This document shows positions 51,150 to 61,542 of a stretch of 64,000 nucleotides of DNA, one piece after another. The notes beneath the pieces were generated by a model. It was given only the letters and a program-made list of their open reading frames with translations. It was not told the DNA's origin and ran no database searches. Each line of letters begins with the position of its first letter. Position 1 is the stretch's first letter. This DNA is from an uncultured virus (IMG/VR IMGVR_UViG_3300018414_000001) (Duplodnaviria; Heunggongvirae; Uroviricota; Caudoviricetes): the IMG/VR virus record IMGVR_UViG_3300018414_000001, one strand, 5' to 3'. The translations under genes were made by a program, and so were the position numbers.

Positions 51150-52126
51150 GGCTTCCCTCCAAACCCGAATGGACCGCGATCCGGCGTATCCTCGCTTGAA
51201 GGCTTTCTCACTCGCATGGCTTCCAGTCTCGTGATCGCGGCATCCAACGGACGTTCAAAGCACCTGACCAGGATCACCAGTTCCCGAAGATGTGCAACCG
51301 AGAAGCCGTCTGTCCGGGCAACCCATGTCTCAAGTTCCGTACCAGTGAGCGCAGGTTCTTTCGCTTGCAAATATACACGACGGGCTGCCGCGCTGGGCAT
51401 CCCAATATATTCGACGGTATCGAACCGCGACGGCCTGTCCACGAAACGTCTGTCCAATCGCTCCGGGTAATTGCAGGTCGCGATATAAACGATGCGGTCG
51501 ATCTGCGTTTCCCCGTCCAGAAGCGCCAAGAAATTGTTTTCTCCATGCCGCTGCACCAGAGCGTCGAGGTCTTCCATTATCGCGATGATCGGACGTTCCG
51601 GCTCGATCTTGCGAATGAAAGCCAGACAGGTCGCGGCTAGTTCCGGCCCGTCAATTTGAACGACAATGCCGCGCTGTCGCTCGATGATTTCCTGCGCCAT
51701 CAACATCAGGGACGTGGTTTTCCCCGATCCCGGAGGCCCCCATAGTAGAATACCGCGTTTATGGAGGAAGCCCCGCTCGGCGAATCGGTGCCGTAATTCC
51801 CAGAATGTTTTGAACTCGCTTATCACCTTCTCGCCAACAGTATCAGGCAGATGAATTAAGCCATCTGTCGTGATCGCGGCACGCCGTAGACATGGGCCGA
51901 TGTTTGGCATATTGTCGAAGCGATAAAATCCTGGTTGCAGAACTTCGCAGGTTTCAGACGCGGGCCAAAATACATCATCGGCTCGCGCCCATCGGCGTGC
52001 CGTTATGGCACCCGGAGTTATTTGAGTAGAACCAGCGGAGAGCGATTGTCCCTCAGACGGGTTAAGATGCAGAGGAGGTGCGGGCTCGACATCTGTGCCG
52101 ACGCGCTCAAAGAAGTTGCCGCTCAT
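51146..52126 (-). CDS. AAA+ ATPase
   Basis: RGILLWGPPGSGKT, IMEDLD, LLDG, NYPERLD..RPSRFD. Confidence 0.9.
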   Translation of the reverse strand: MSGNFFERVGTDVEPAPPLHLNPSEGQSLSAGSTQITPGAITARRWARADDVFWPASETCEVLQPGFYRFDNMPNIGPCLRRAAITTDGLIHLPDTVGEKVISEFKTFWELRHRFAERGFLHKRGILLWGPPGSGKTTSLMLMAQEIIERQRGIVVQIDGPELAATCLAFIRKIEPERPIIAIMEDLDALVQRHGENNFLALLDGETQIDRIVYIATCNYPERLDRRFVDRPSRFDTVEYIGMPSAAARRVYLQAKEPALTGTELETWVARTDGFSVAHLRELVILVRCFERPLDAAITRLEAMRVRKPSSEDTPDRGPFGFGGKP

Positions 52127-52484
52127 ATCGCACCACCAATCAACATCGACACAATCGCCGCTGCGGCAAGCAGGAGCATCGCGACCGCGAACGCAGCGAA
52201 GTGACCGGGGCGGGTCATCGCCCCATCATCCTTGCCTGATCGCTGCCAAAGTCCCGGAACGGATCGTGTGCCAGCCGGTCATCCTTCGGCGCGACGTTCG
52301 AAAGCATTGATCGGCGGTTCATGGTGTGTCCTTTCAGGTTATCGTCCAAGCGCCACCCGGGCCACCCGGGCCAGCCGGATCGCCTCCGCCTGAGCGAGCG
52401 TCATGGCGAACGGTGCCGGTCGTGGTGTCAGGCCGGTTGATGGGGTGGATATGGCCAGAGGGATGCCAAGGTAGGGGGTTGAGG

Positions 52485-53249
52485 TCATGGCGTCACAAAC
52501 TCCATCAAGGGCTGTTGTTTCATGGCCACGGCTTTCCGCGACCACTTCGTGACATCAGCCTTGATTTCTTCCCAGTTCCGGGGATGACTGGCACGGAAAT
52601 CGGGGTAGCGTTCTCCACGAACCCAGACACCATCCTGTGGGAGCAGCCATCGGGATTCGGTCCAGCGCCGGATATCGAGGGCTTGTTCCTTAAAATCCGC
52701 GCGGGTCAGGAACCCGGTTTCTTCCAACAGAATCGAGACCCGGATCGCGGCAATTTTCCAGCGCGTCAACTGCACCGGAGCCGAAACACCGGCCTGGACA
52801 TCTGGGACGTACTCCGGCACCCGGCAGCGTTTTGTTGGCAAACGATCAAACCAGTGCCGATTGTCGTCCTGGGGATACGAGTCCGGCAGACCAGGACTGA
52901 ATAATGGATAAACGATGTATTTTGTCTCCGGGGGCTTCCGCATCGTAATCACGGTGAGACAACAATGTTCCGCGATAGACGCCAATTCTCCGGCCTGCCC
53001 ATACGGCACCAGGCAGGCCCGATAATCCGGGCCGGGGCGATCCCAGGAGTCTTCGATGGCCTGTAACAGGACCTTGACATTGAGTTTCAGTTTCGCCTCG
53101 ATCCCGATCTGACAGCCATCCCCGTGACGAACCAGCAAAATATCCCAGCCATCGGTTTCCGGGTATGCGGTCCATTCCTTCGGTATAGCAGCGATAAACG
53201 CGGCACAGAGATCGGCCTCCTTTGAAAATATGGAGGGTGTTTTGCTCAC
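52485..53249 (-). CDS. Conserved phage protein, possible PD-(D/E)xK fold
   Basis: YPET.GWDILLVR..GCQIGIEAKL, GPDYRA.LVP, QLT.WKI.AI. Confidence 0.6.
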   Translation of the reverse strand: MSKTPSIFSKEADLCAAFIAAIPKEWTAYPETDGWDILLVRHGDGCQIGIEAKLKLNVKVLLQAIEDSWDRPGPDYRACLVPYGQAGELASIAEHCCLTVITMRKPPETKYIVYPLFSPGLPDSYPQDDNRHWFDRLPTKRCRVPEYVPDVQAGVSAPVQLTRWKIAAIRVSILLEETGFLTRADFKEQALDIRRWTESRWLLPQDGVWVRGERYPDFRASHPRNWEEIKADVTKWSRKAVAMKQQPLMEFVTP

Positions 53250-53633
53250 CTCGTCCCCTCTTCCAAACACGGCACAGTCGGCCAGGCGTAGTCGCATACC
53301 GGCGGCGCACACCCCGCGAGGGCGAGCGCGGCGAGGAACATGGCGAGGCGCATGGTCACGGTCGAAGCCTCAATCCGTCAGCGCGTCTTATCGCACCAAA
53401 TACCGCATGCGATTTCTCGTCCTTCGGTTCAAGCGGCGCAACGTTGCTCACCTTGAACGCGGCGAGTTCATTCTCAAGGCGTGTGACTTCGGATAGAAAC
53501 CATCCTGCCGCAAGCTGATAATCGGCCAGTTCGGCGCGCAACCCTCGGATCGTCTCCAGGAAAGCCGCCTCTTGCTCTCCATAGGCCTTGGCCATCAGGC
53601 GAAGTTTTTCGTGAAGGGATTCGAGGGTATCGG

Positions 53634-54245
53634 TCATGACGCATCTCCTCCAGTCATTGCCATCGGCACCGCATCATCCGCCGCGTCGAACGTCGCCTGA
53701 AACGCGGTCATTCCATTGATCCCGCCGTTCACGAGCCGCCGGAGCGCCACATAATCCAGATTGTCCGCCGCGAGCAGGACACGGAACCGCGGCTCCTTGT
53801 CCGCCAGGAACGCCGCCAGCAATTTTGCCGCGATGACCGGATCACAGGCCAGATCGGGATCAGCGATCAGATCGGCGCCGACCTCGGGACCGTATTTGGC
53901 GTAGTTCGACCTCCCGGTTAATTGGATGAAGCCCCGGCCTGGAAACAACGGGCCGTCGTGGGGGCCATTTCCGAGGTCCTGCCGGTTGTCATAGAGATCG
54001 AAGTGCTGACCGCCCGGCGATGTGTTCCATTCGCTCGGCGCACCTTCCTTGACCGGCTCCCATGATGCCGTCTCGGCCGCGATGTTCGCCAGCGCCACGC
54101 ACACCATGTCGTGATCCCCGATCTGCCGCGCCGACAGCGCGGCCAGGACGTGCGGCAGGTTCGCGGCGATGTTGGCTTGCGGCGTGGAGGGAAACAGTCT
54201 GGCGACCATCGGGACGGTTACCTGGGCAGTGATGTCGGCGGCCAT
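53634..54245 (-). CDS. Endolysin, glycoside hydrolase family 19
   Basis: AET, YDNRQDLGN..DG..FPGRGFIQLTGRSNY, RRLVNGG.NG. Confidence 0.9.
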   Translation of the reverse strand: MAADITAQVTVPMVARLFPSTPQANIAANLPHVLAALSARQIGDHDMVCVALANIAAETASWEPVKEGAPSEWNTSPGGQHFDLYDNRQDLGNGPHDGPLFPGRGFIQLTGRSNYAKYGPEVGADLIADPDLACDPVIAAKLLAAFLADKEPRFRVLLAADNLDYVALRRLVNGGINGMTAFQATFDAADDAVPMAMTGGDAS

Positions 54246-54497
54246 GTCAGGGTCCTTTGTGCGATGGTGTCAGCCGCTCAATTTCCATTCCAAGCGCCTC
54301 GAATTTCGCCGCGACCATTTCAGAATCGACGGGATCGTAAGCGCCGCTTCGGAACATCGCCGCGAAACCAAAAGCGCCCAATGCTCGGGGATTCCCCTGG
54401 CTTTGCATAAGCAACGGTGTTGAACTTAGACACGCCTCATCCGGCGCCGCCCCGCATGTCTCGCATCGGCCGGTGTCGGCGCGCCGGCAGTTTGCCA

Positions 54498-54818
54498 TCA
54501 CTTCGCCCCCGCCACCGGAGCCGCCGCCCGCGCCGCGAACCATTGCGAGATGTCCCCCGCCAGGATGGCCGTGCCGATTGCCAGAAGCGTCGAGGTCTGC
54601 CCGTCGATGTGGACGCCCCAATAAGCCGCGACCGACACCAGCGCGCCGGCACCGAGGCTCACGAGCGGGTTCTTCTGCGCGGCGGCGATCTGCGTCCCCG
54701 CGATCTGCTGGAGGAACGCCATCAGCGCCGGACTGTTGGCGGCCTTACTGGCGAGATCGACGCCGTCCTGGGCGTCACGGATCAGGGTGTTGGTGGTTGG
54801 GGTGGTGGTCGCGCTCAT
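54498..54818 (-). CDS. Holin-like membrane protein
   Basis: Two hydrophobic segments; located upstream of the endolysin. Confidence 0.5.
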   Translation of the reverse strand: MSATTTPTTNTLIRDAQDGVDLASKAANSPALMAFLQQIAGTQIAAAQKNPLVSLGAGALVSVAAYWGVHIDGQTSTLLAIGTAILAGDISQWFAARAAAPVAGAK

Positions 54819-55280
54819 GAGATTTTCCTTGTGCAGATTTCTCGGATTCCGTTTTCCGCCTGGATTGCTTCGCGAATCTTCCTGGTCAGATCAAGAGCCA
54901 GCTTGTCCACATCCAGTCTCGGACGATTCCGACCCGCCAATGGACGGCCCTCGAATGCGGCTTTCAAGGTCATCGCGATAGCACAGAACACCAGCCCGGT
55001 TTCATCTAAAGGTAATGACACCGAAGCTACATCTGGTGTTTCCGGCGTCTCCCATTTACCATCCCGCAATATACACATCGCACCATTTGTATTTGTGCTC
55101 CACATCATCTTAGGCACCTCGGGAAGACCCCAACCTGGGACGGTCGCGCTCATAGTGTGTCCTTCGATATAAATCCGTGAATGTTCTGCCACACTCGCGC
55201 TTCCGGTGCGAACCACGGCGTCTCATGCCGGTGCCGCCAGGGCCAGGAGATTAGCAGGTAGAGACCGGCGAGGAGGGGGA

Positions 55281-55835
55281 TCATGCCGCCTCCTTCGGTT
55301 CGGGTGGATCAGACCGTTCCCACAACGCCCGGTGCCCGTCTTCTTCGGCCGGGGGCGAATCAGGCTCGACCCGCCGCGTTTTTCTGACCTCTATATCAGA
55401 CTGGGCCGCTAACGTCTGATAGTAAAAGCGGTGCAAGAACCCGATAGCCAAAGGGCTCGCGGGGAAGGGTTTTTGGAACATTACCCAAAGCCAGACCGCA
55501 CGTCCTGTGCGGCCATTACCGTCCATGAATGGATGTAACATTTCAAAGGCAACATGCAGACTCCAAGGGTCAGCGTTATTCAGAACGTGCTCAAGTTCCT
55601 CTCGCATATTCGGATTCCCCGGCGGCGCGACATAGCCGCCGACCTGGACGTTCATTCCGATTTTATCCCGCAATGGCTTGCCGGGCGCATAAACTTTCTG
55701 AAGTGCGATCACATCTTCCGCAGATGAATCGGAGCCGAGAAACGCGCATGTCGCCTCGATCTCCGCATCCGTTGGCTCGCGGCGAATGCCTTCGATCATA
55801 AGGCTTTCCCGGAGAAACTCTTGAATGCTGATCAT
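55281..55835 (-). CDS. Fic-domain protein
   Basis: Canonical HPFMDGNGRTGR motif. Confidence 0.9.
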   Translation of the reverse strand: MISIQEFLRESLMIEGIRREPTDAEIEATCAFLGSDSSAEDVIALQKVYAPGKPLRDKIGMNVQVGGYVAPPGNPNMREELEHVLNNADPWSLHVAFEMLHPFMDGNGRTGRAVWLWVMFQKPFPASPLAIGFLHRFYYQTLAAQSDIEVRKTRRVEPDSPPAEEDGHRALWERSDPPEPKEAA

Positions 55836-56046
55836 GCCGCTCTCACGATCTCAACGCGCCACGTCTTCCCGCCGGTCTTGGTCCAGTGAATGCCGGGCGG
55901 CTTCGGTGGGGTAGCGAGCGTGTTGGCCATCCAGGACGCCCAGAAACTATTTTGTTCGACTTGAGCATTCGCATTGACCATGTGATATCGAGAACCCGGA
56001 GCGCCGAGAAGGACGGATGCCCCGAAGATTGCGCCGGTCAGGTCAC

Positions 56047-56256
56047 TCATGGCCAGGCTCCTGGCGAGATCGGTTCGTAACTGATGACCCGGCGCAGTCC
56101 CGGGGCAGAAATCACGGCCGGGTCAGGATCACGCTTACTTGTGAGCGCGAAGCTCACGGCACTTCGGCTGACACGCTTCCCCTGCGCCCATTTGGCCTGA
56201 GACCCGGCCTGTTTGACCTCTAAGCGTAGTTTTTCGAGAACCTGTTCGAGCGTCAT
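56047..56256 (-). CDS. Small HTH regulator
   Basis: GSQAKWAQGKRVSRSAVSFAL..RDP. TTGACA-N17-GAATAT promoter. Confidence 0.7.
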   Translation of the reverse strand: MTLEQVLEKLRLEVKQAGSQAKWAQGKRVSRSAVSFALTSKRDPDPAVISAPGLRRVISYEPISPGAWP

Positions 56257-56322
56257 GATTACATATTCGCGGATTTGTGGTTGTGTGTCAACCCCAATCG
56301 TGCTATCCTATCGCCACCGGAC

Positions 56323-56389
56323 GGCGCGGGCATGCAGTGAGCGGCATATAACGGAGAGGCAGCGGGTTCGATCCCCGCTATCGCCGCCA
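56323..56389 (+). other. tRNA-like fragment (T-arm + CCA)
   Basis: GCGGG-TTCGATC-CCCGC at 56362-56378 then TATCGCCG-CCA. D and anticodon arms are not convincing. Confidence 0.35.
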
Positions 56390-57642
56390 AACGCAAAAGC
56401 GCCCCGAGCCGAAGCCCGAGGCGCTTGATCTCCCACACCCGTTCTGTGGCGCACCCCTCAGGTGGTTCTGTGCGCTATGGCGTGGTCAGGCGATGGAGGG
56501 GCCGACCGTGCCAAAAACCGGCGAGCCCGGCAAATCCGATCCTGTTTCCGCGATTCCGTTCGGATCGGGGGTGGCGACTGGCGTTTGTGGCCGATGCACC
56601 TTGACCAGTTCATAGGCCACGATATCGGCCAGGATGCAGCGCCATGTCTCCTCGGTCAAAGCCCCGTCAGCGAGATCGTTCCCCCGCGTCCAGTCTTCTC
56701 CGGCGCGTGGTTTGCGGCACGACGCGATGCAGCCGAGATAGCCATGATCGGGGGAGCCATCGGCGCGCGTTGATCCATCTGCATCCCGTGCGTTAATATG
56801 ATAGGCGTTTGTATCGGTAAAGATCGTGAACCGCATCGCTTGGCCGCCCAAGGGCATCTCAAACAAAACGCTCTTGTCCGAACCGCCAGCGCGGCAAAAA
56901 TCGCGATTGATCCAACCGTATAGTTCGTCACTGGTTGCCATAACGGCCTCCTGGTTTGCGGTTCGCGCCATAACGACGCCCCCGCACCATAGCCGCCCCG
57001 CCGCGCCAGCGCAAGACCGCCAAACGAAAAATCCTGGTCACCGTTTCCGGCGCCGGGAAAGTTTAGGGAGGAAACAGAACTCCAGCGCCTCAAAAAGAGT
57101 AAGGCGCCGCATTCGCATCCTGAGGCCACGGCGGATCGGCGTCGAGCGTTACAGCCGCTCCATGACCATCAGCATGATAAACGAACTCAGGAGTGTCCCG
57201 CCGCCCCACCACAGTACCCGGCATATCCGGGGATGACCGCAGTGCCAAATGACATACGTGTTGAACCAAGGAAATGCCCGGCGCGCCCGGGTCACCATGG
57301 CATCCACCATATCCAGATAGCCGCCGTTTCCGTAATGGATCGCATCCATTCTATGATGGCCTGCGCCACGGCCGTCGCGAACGCGGACGCGATCGAGCAG
57401 CCAATCGCGATGAGAATCGTCTGACGGAACAGCCGGGACTGACGATGTTCCTGGCTTTCGGCATACCATCGGGTCCTCGCATCCGTTGTGTCGCCATCTT
57501 TTGACGCCCGGTTAACGTCCAAATCATGAGAATTTTCGTCGATTTGATGATGCAACGACTTGTCCGAGCCATGGGCGCCACCGGGAATGTCGCTGAAGGG
57601 ATCATTCTCCGACACTTCTTCCTGACTTTGGTGTGACGCAGA

Positions 57643-57933
57643 TCACAGTTTTCGACCCTTTCGCAGCACGGCAACCCCTACCACGCCCACCATGAACACC
57701 GCCAGGGAAGACGGCTCCGGCACGTCCTGGACAGCCGGAGAATACGTCAGGACCGGTGGCACGGCGATCAGACGCGGGACGAGCGCGGCACCCCCGGCAC
57801 AGACCAATGCGGCGGCTCCGGCGACGATGTGCGGCGTCTTGCCGAGCATGATGTGTGGCAGGGCGGACCATTGGCGGAACGTGAGCCAGCGCCAGAGCCA
57901 GACGCAGTGGATGCGGATGTGGGTGAGGATCAA
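57643..57933 (-). CDS. Small PEP-CTERM sorting-signal protein
   Basis: C-terminus VPEPSSLAVFMVGVVGVAVLRKGRKL. Confidence 0.8.
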   Translation of the reverse strand: MILTHIRIHCVWLWRWLTFRQWSALPHIMLGKTPHIVAGAAALVCAGGAALVPRLIAVPPVLTYSPAVQDVPEPSSLAVFMVGVVGVAVLRKGRKL

Positions 57934-58018
57934 TGTTCCAATGCTCCCGCGTCATATTGGCCGCCTTGCGGCCGTGCCGTGCCGATCATGTCCGGCGTAT
58001 CTCGGTAAATTAGCAGCG

Positions 58019-59371
58019 TCATCTTCTTCCTCTCTTTCCAGAGAATGGAGAGCGTTGGCCACTTATAGCCGCCGCGAGACAAGCATCCAATAATGGAAAC
58101 GGTGGATTGGACCATGGTGCCGGGACGCCCGTAAAGCCCGTCGTGGCCGTACCATTGGCGGGATTTGTTATAATATACCAAATATCGGCGTTAGACAATT
58201 TAGGTCCGAGACCGGCATAATAAGCGCACATGAGATATCTAACGATTCCAGACATAATTGAAGTGGCCATGGAACATCCGTACCAGGAGGTATAAGTGTT
58301 GCTTAAACCAGTGGTTAGTAAACCTGTCGCGGCTGTTCCAGCACAGGTAGCGACCACGCAACCTCGTCCTGTCTGCGGAGGACCGACCAGAAACGGTGGC
58401 CCATATCCTGGTGTCCAATCCGTGGGAATCGCGAATGGACTGCCTCCTTGACCCTGCGTGCCAGTTGTGCAAAGCGTAAAATCACTAACCGATGCACCAT
58501 TAGGTGCCTCGATTGAACTTATATCCTGTGACCCGCAACAAAGGAAAAATCCCATTTTATAAAGTGTCGGAATTGTAGTTGTAAGTGAAATCGTTAAAAG
58601 TGAGGACCCGCTGAATGGCATGTTGATAGTTCCTGGAGGAGGAACATTACTAATAATCCACTGAAAAGCTGCTTCTACGTTTGTTGATGATATAGAGCCA
58701 GTAGTACTAACCTGTATAGGAATAATGGAGCCGCCCCAGCCGACGCTCGCGACGCCAGCCGCGTTATTCGTGGCCGCACCCTGATATCCGATACAAGCAG
58801 TCCCATGTCCGATAGTATCGGTTAAGGTGCTACTGCTATTTACGATATTCCATTGACTTATTATATTCGCGGATAGATCGGCCTGTGAGGTCTGACAACC
58901 ATTGTTAATATCAATGCACACAGGCATCGTCGCCAAGGGCAGATTGTTAAGTTGAAGCGTGTTCCACGCGGCCGGGCAGTTCAGAACAGGCAAGTGTCCC
59001 TGGCTTCCATAGTTCGTGTCGTTCGGTGTACCGTTTGTTTCAGATAGCCCGTTTGGTTCAGCATATTTTACCAGATTATTTTCTACAAGTTCCCTCGCCA
59101 ACGGTTCCGCATCCGATCCCGCAATGGTAAAATGAAAAACTTTCCTGTTAAAAACCTGAATGAGTTTTGCGCGGTGCCGCGTCAGAACAGAAGATACGAC
59201 TGGATCAGTGAGATCACGTCCATCCATGAACTCGACGACAACATCTTCAGGAACTCGCTTGCCAGTCCAGGCGGCATGCCGAGACATACATTCCGCGGAT
59301 CGCCAAGGTAGCATCAATACACTGGCGGCAACGATGGGCGGTATGGAAAGGAAGGTGCGACGATAGATCAC
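58019..59371 (-). CDS. S8 subtilisin-like protein (degenerate Asp and oxyanion motifs)
   Basis: VKYAEPN, PND..Y..Q, AAW, GHGTAC, NN..GVASV, YGCSMAT. Confidence 0.75.
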   Translation of the reverse strand: MIYRRTFLSIPPIVAASVLMLPWRSAECMSRHAAWTGKRVPEDVVVEFMDGRDLTDPVVSSVLTRHRAKLIQVFNRKVFHFTIAGSDAEPLARELVENNLVKYAEPNGLSETNGTPNDTNYGSQGHLPVLNCPAAWNTLQLNNLPLATMPVCIDINNGCQTSQADLSANIISQWNIVNSSSTLTDTIGHGTACIGYQGAATNNAAGVASVGWGGSIIPIQVSTTGSISSTNVEAAFQWIISNVPPPGTINMPFSGSSLLTISLTTTIPTLYKMGFFLCCGSQDISSIEAPNGASVSDFTLCTTGTQGQGGSPFAIPTDWTPGYGPPFLVGPPQTGRGCVVATCAGTAATGLLTTGLSNTYTSWYGCSMATSIMSGIVRYLMCAYYAGLGPKLSNADIWYIITNPANGTATTGFTGVPAPWSNPPFPLLDACLAAAISGQRSPFSGKRGRR

Positions 59372-61539
59372 TGGCTTTCCACGACCAGGATAAAGCCAGG
59401 AAGACCAGCGGCGCCCGACCCCGGAGTCCCCGAAGCAGAACCGGCGCCGCCCGAACCGCCGGAACCATAACCTACCCCAGCACCACCATTGCCACCATTA
59501 CCAGTGGTGCCTCCACCCCCTGATCCGCCGGGGCAGCCAGGGCCATAATAACCAGAGACAATAGCGGTAGGTGAGCCCCCATTCGCCCCAGCTGCTCCCG
59601 CGGCTCCTTGAACAGAACACCCCATAGTGAAGGTTCCGACGGCCCCAGGATCAGCTAAAGGACCCGCACCGCCCGATCCCCCGGCGGCGTTATTTAGCGA
59701 ACCAACGGCCAATGAGAAGGTGCCGGCCGCCGTGGCGCCGTTCCCGCCGGCCGTTGCTCCAAGATAACTTGAACTGTTGGTGCTGGTAGTGTTACCGCCA
59801 GTTTGACCAACATCAAATGGTGTGCCTGGAAGGCCGGTCCCAACTGCATTGCCTGGCCCAAAATAACCACCCCCCGCGTACAGAATGTTGCCCGACACTT
59901 TTGTCGATCCGCATGTCGAGCCGTTTCCAAAACAAGTTGACCCTCCAATGGTCGCGGCGGTACTAGGAGGTATCCCGCCAGTCCCTCCGGCACCCACGGA
60001 AAGAGTTTGGCTAGGAGTAAGTTGGGAAGCGGTAAAGGTGCCAGACGGCATATTGGGGCACCAACCGGCAGCACCACCAGAGCCACCCCGCGTGGTTCCG
60101 CCATATCCACCGCCGCCGCCGCCTCCACAAACCCAGACTTGTATTTTGGTCGTATTAGTCCCCATCGTCCAAGTGCAGGGGGAAGCCGTAGTGCAAGACG
60201 TTGAATAGGCTGTTATAATCGACGTGGCCGGGATGTCCGCGGCAACAAGTCCGCGGAAAGTTGGCGATGCCGCTGATCCCGTCGTTGGCCCGGCAAATAC
60301 TGTGTTCGCGGTCTGCGTATTGAGAGCCGCCGTAAGCGTTCCCGCGGAAGTTACCGGCGAACCGGACCAGGTAAGAAACCCACTCGGCCCGCTAGCCGCG
60401 ACGCTGGTGACAGTGCCTGATCCTGTCAGCGCGATGCAACCAAGCGTTCCACTATTATTATATAATGCATAGCCGTTGGTGCATGTACCCCCTATCGTTG
60501 TCGTCCCTACGGTCAACGATGATCCCGCTGAACTCGCGAGAGGTCCTACCGTTGAGCCATTGATCTGAACATAGATGCCAGAGGAGGTCGTCCAGATATC
60601 ACCATTGACCGGAGAGGCCGGCGCCGTCCCGGGCGTGATCGTAAGACCGGACGATCCCGCGGCCGATGCCGCCGTGGTGGTTTCCCCCGTAGCTGATAGC
60701 GTTGTGAAATGGCCGGCCGCTGGTGATGAACCACCAATGGCGGGAGGGGATGCCAGATAAGTTGAGAACCCAGCGCCTGACACCGTGCTGGATGCCGACA
60801 GGGTAGAGAACGCGCCGCCGGCTGGTGTCGTGCCACCAATAGCAGGGGGTGTTGCATAATTTTGCGTCGCGAAAGTTCCAAATGCGGTTCCACTGGTTTT
60901 CGTGACGGTTAGCGAACCTGTATTTGAAATCGTGGCATCACCGGAGACGGCGACGGCGGTTCCGACATTCCCCGCACTGCCGACGATAATGTCTGTCGCG
61001 GGCAGAACGGTGTTGGTTGCTAGTCCGGTATAGCCGCCCACATCCCATTGGAACGGAGTCGTAGTCGTATTGGTATCTGAAGTTGCCGTTACAGATCCAT
61101 TGGGTGCGATAACAGTGGGGCCGCTAATCGTGCTGGCTGATGACAACGTGATATTTGCCGTGCCGGAATTTTGGATCGTAACTGAATTGCCGTTCTCGAA
61201 CCCTGGTGACCCTGCTGTCGGCAACGTCCAGGTCGAGGCGACCGTTCCGGTAAAGACAGCAATGCCGTTAATATCGGTAGGAGCGATCGTATAAGTTGTT
61301 CCTGTCTGAGGCCCAGTTGGTAAGGTTTGCAGGTAGAGAGTCTGGTTTGGCTTGACCGTCGCGGTTTGCGACGACAGCGAACTAGATAGCCCCTTACCAA
61401 GGTTGATCGCGGCGCGCGGCCCTGTCAGGACGTTCCCGGCCTTTGGGCGCTGGTCCGGCATGAACCAGCCTTGCGCGCTGGCGTTTCCCGCGAGACCCGC
61501 CAGGAACGCAAACGCAAGAGAGAGACGGATTAGTTTCAT
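59368..61539 (-). CDS. Gly/Thr/Ser-rich tail-fibre-like protein
   Basis: AIGGTTPA.G.F.TL repeats, PTFRGLVAADIP, C-terminal GGGGGGG Gly-rich domain. Confidence 0.7.
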   Translation of the reverse strand: MKLIRLSLAFAFLAGLAGNASAQGWFMPDQRPKAGNVLTGPRAAINLGKGLSSSLSSQTATVKPNQTLYLQTLPTGPQTGTTYTIAPTDINGIAVFTGTVASTWTLPTAGSPGFENGNSVTIQNSGTANITLSSASTISGPTVIAPNGSVTATSDTNTTTTPFQWDVGGYTGLATNTVLPATDIIVGSAGNVGTAVAVSGDATISNTGSLTVTKTSGTAFGTFATQNYATPPAIGGTTPAGGAFSTLSASSTVSGAGFSTYLASPPAIGGSSPAAGHFTTLSATGETTTAASAAGSSGLTITPGTAPASPVNGDIWTTSSGIYVQINGSTVGPLASSAGSSLTVGTTTIGGTCTNGYALYNNSGTLGCIALTGSGTVTSVAASGPSGFLTWSGSPVTSAGTLTAALNTQTANTVFAGPTTGSAASPTFRGLVAADIPATSIITAYSTSCTTASPCTWTMGTNTTKIQVWVCGGGGGGGYGGTTRGGSGGAAGWCPNMPSGTFTASQLTPSQTLSVGAGGTGGIPPSTAATIGGSTCFGNGSTCGSTKVSGNILYAGGGYFGPGNAVGTGLPGTPFDVGQTGGNTTSTNSSSYLGATAGGNGATAAGTFSLAVGSLNNAAGGSGGAGPLADPGAVGTFTMGCSVQGAAGAAGANGGSPTAIVSGYYGPGCPGGSGGGGTTGNGGNGGAGVGYGSGGSGGAGSASGTPGSGAAGLPGFILVVESQ

Positions 61540-61542
61540 GGA

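Noticed and set aside
56323..56389. Functional tRNA gene
   Set aside because: Only about 67 nt, mismatched acceptor stem and no clear D or anticodon arms.
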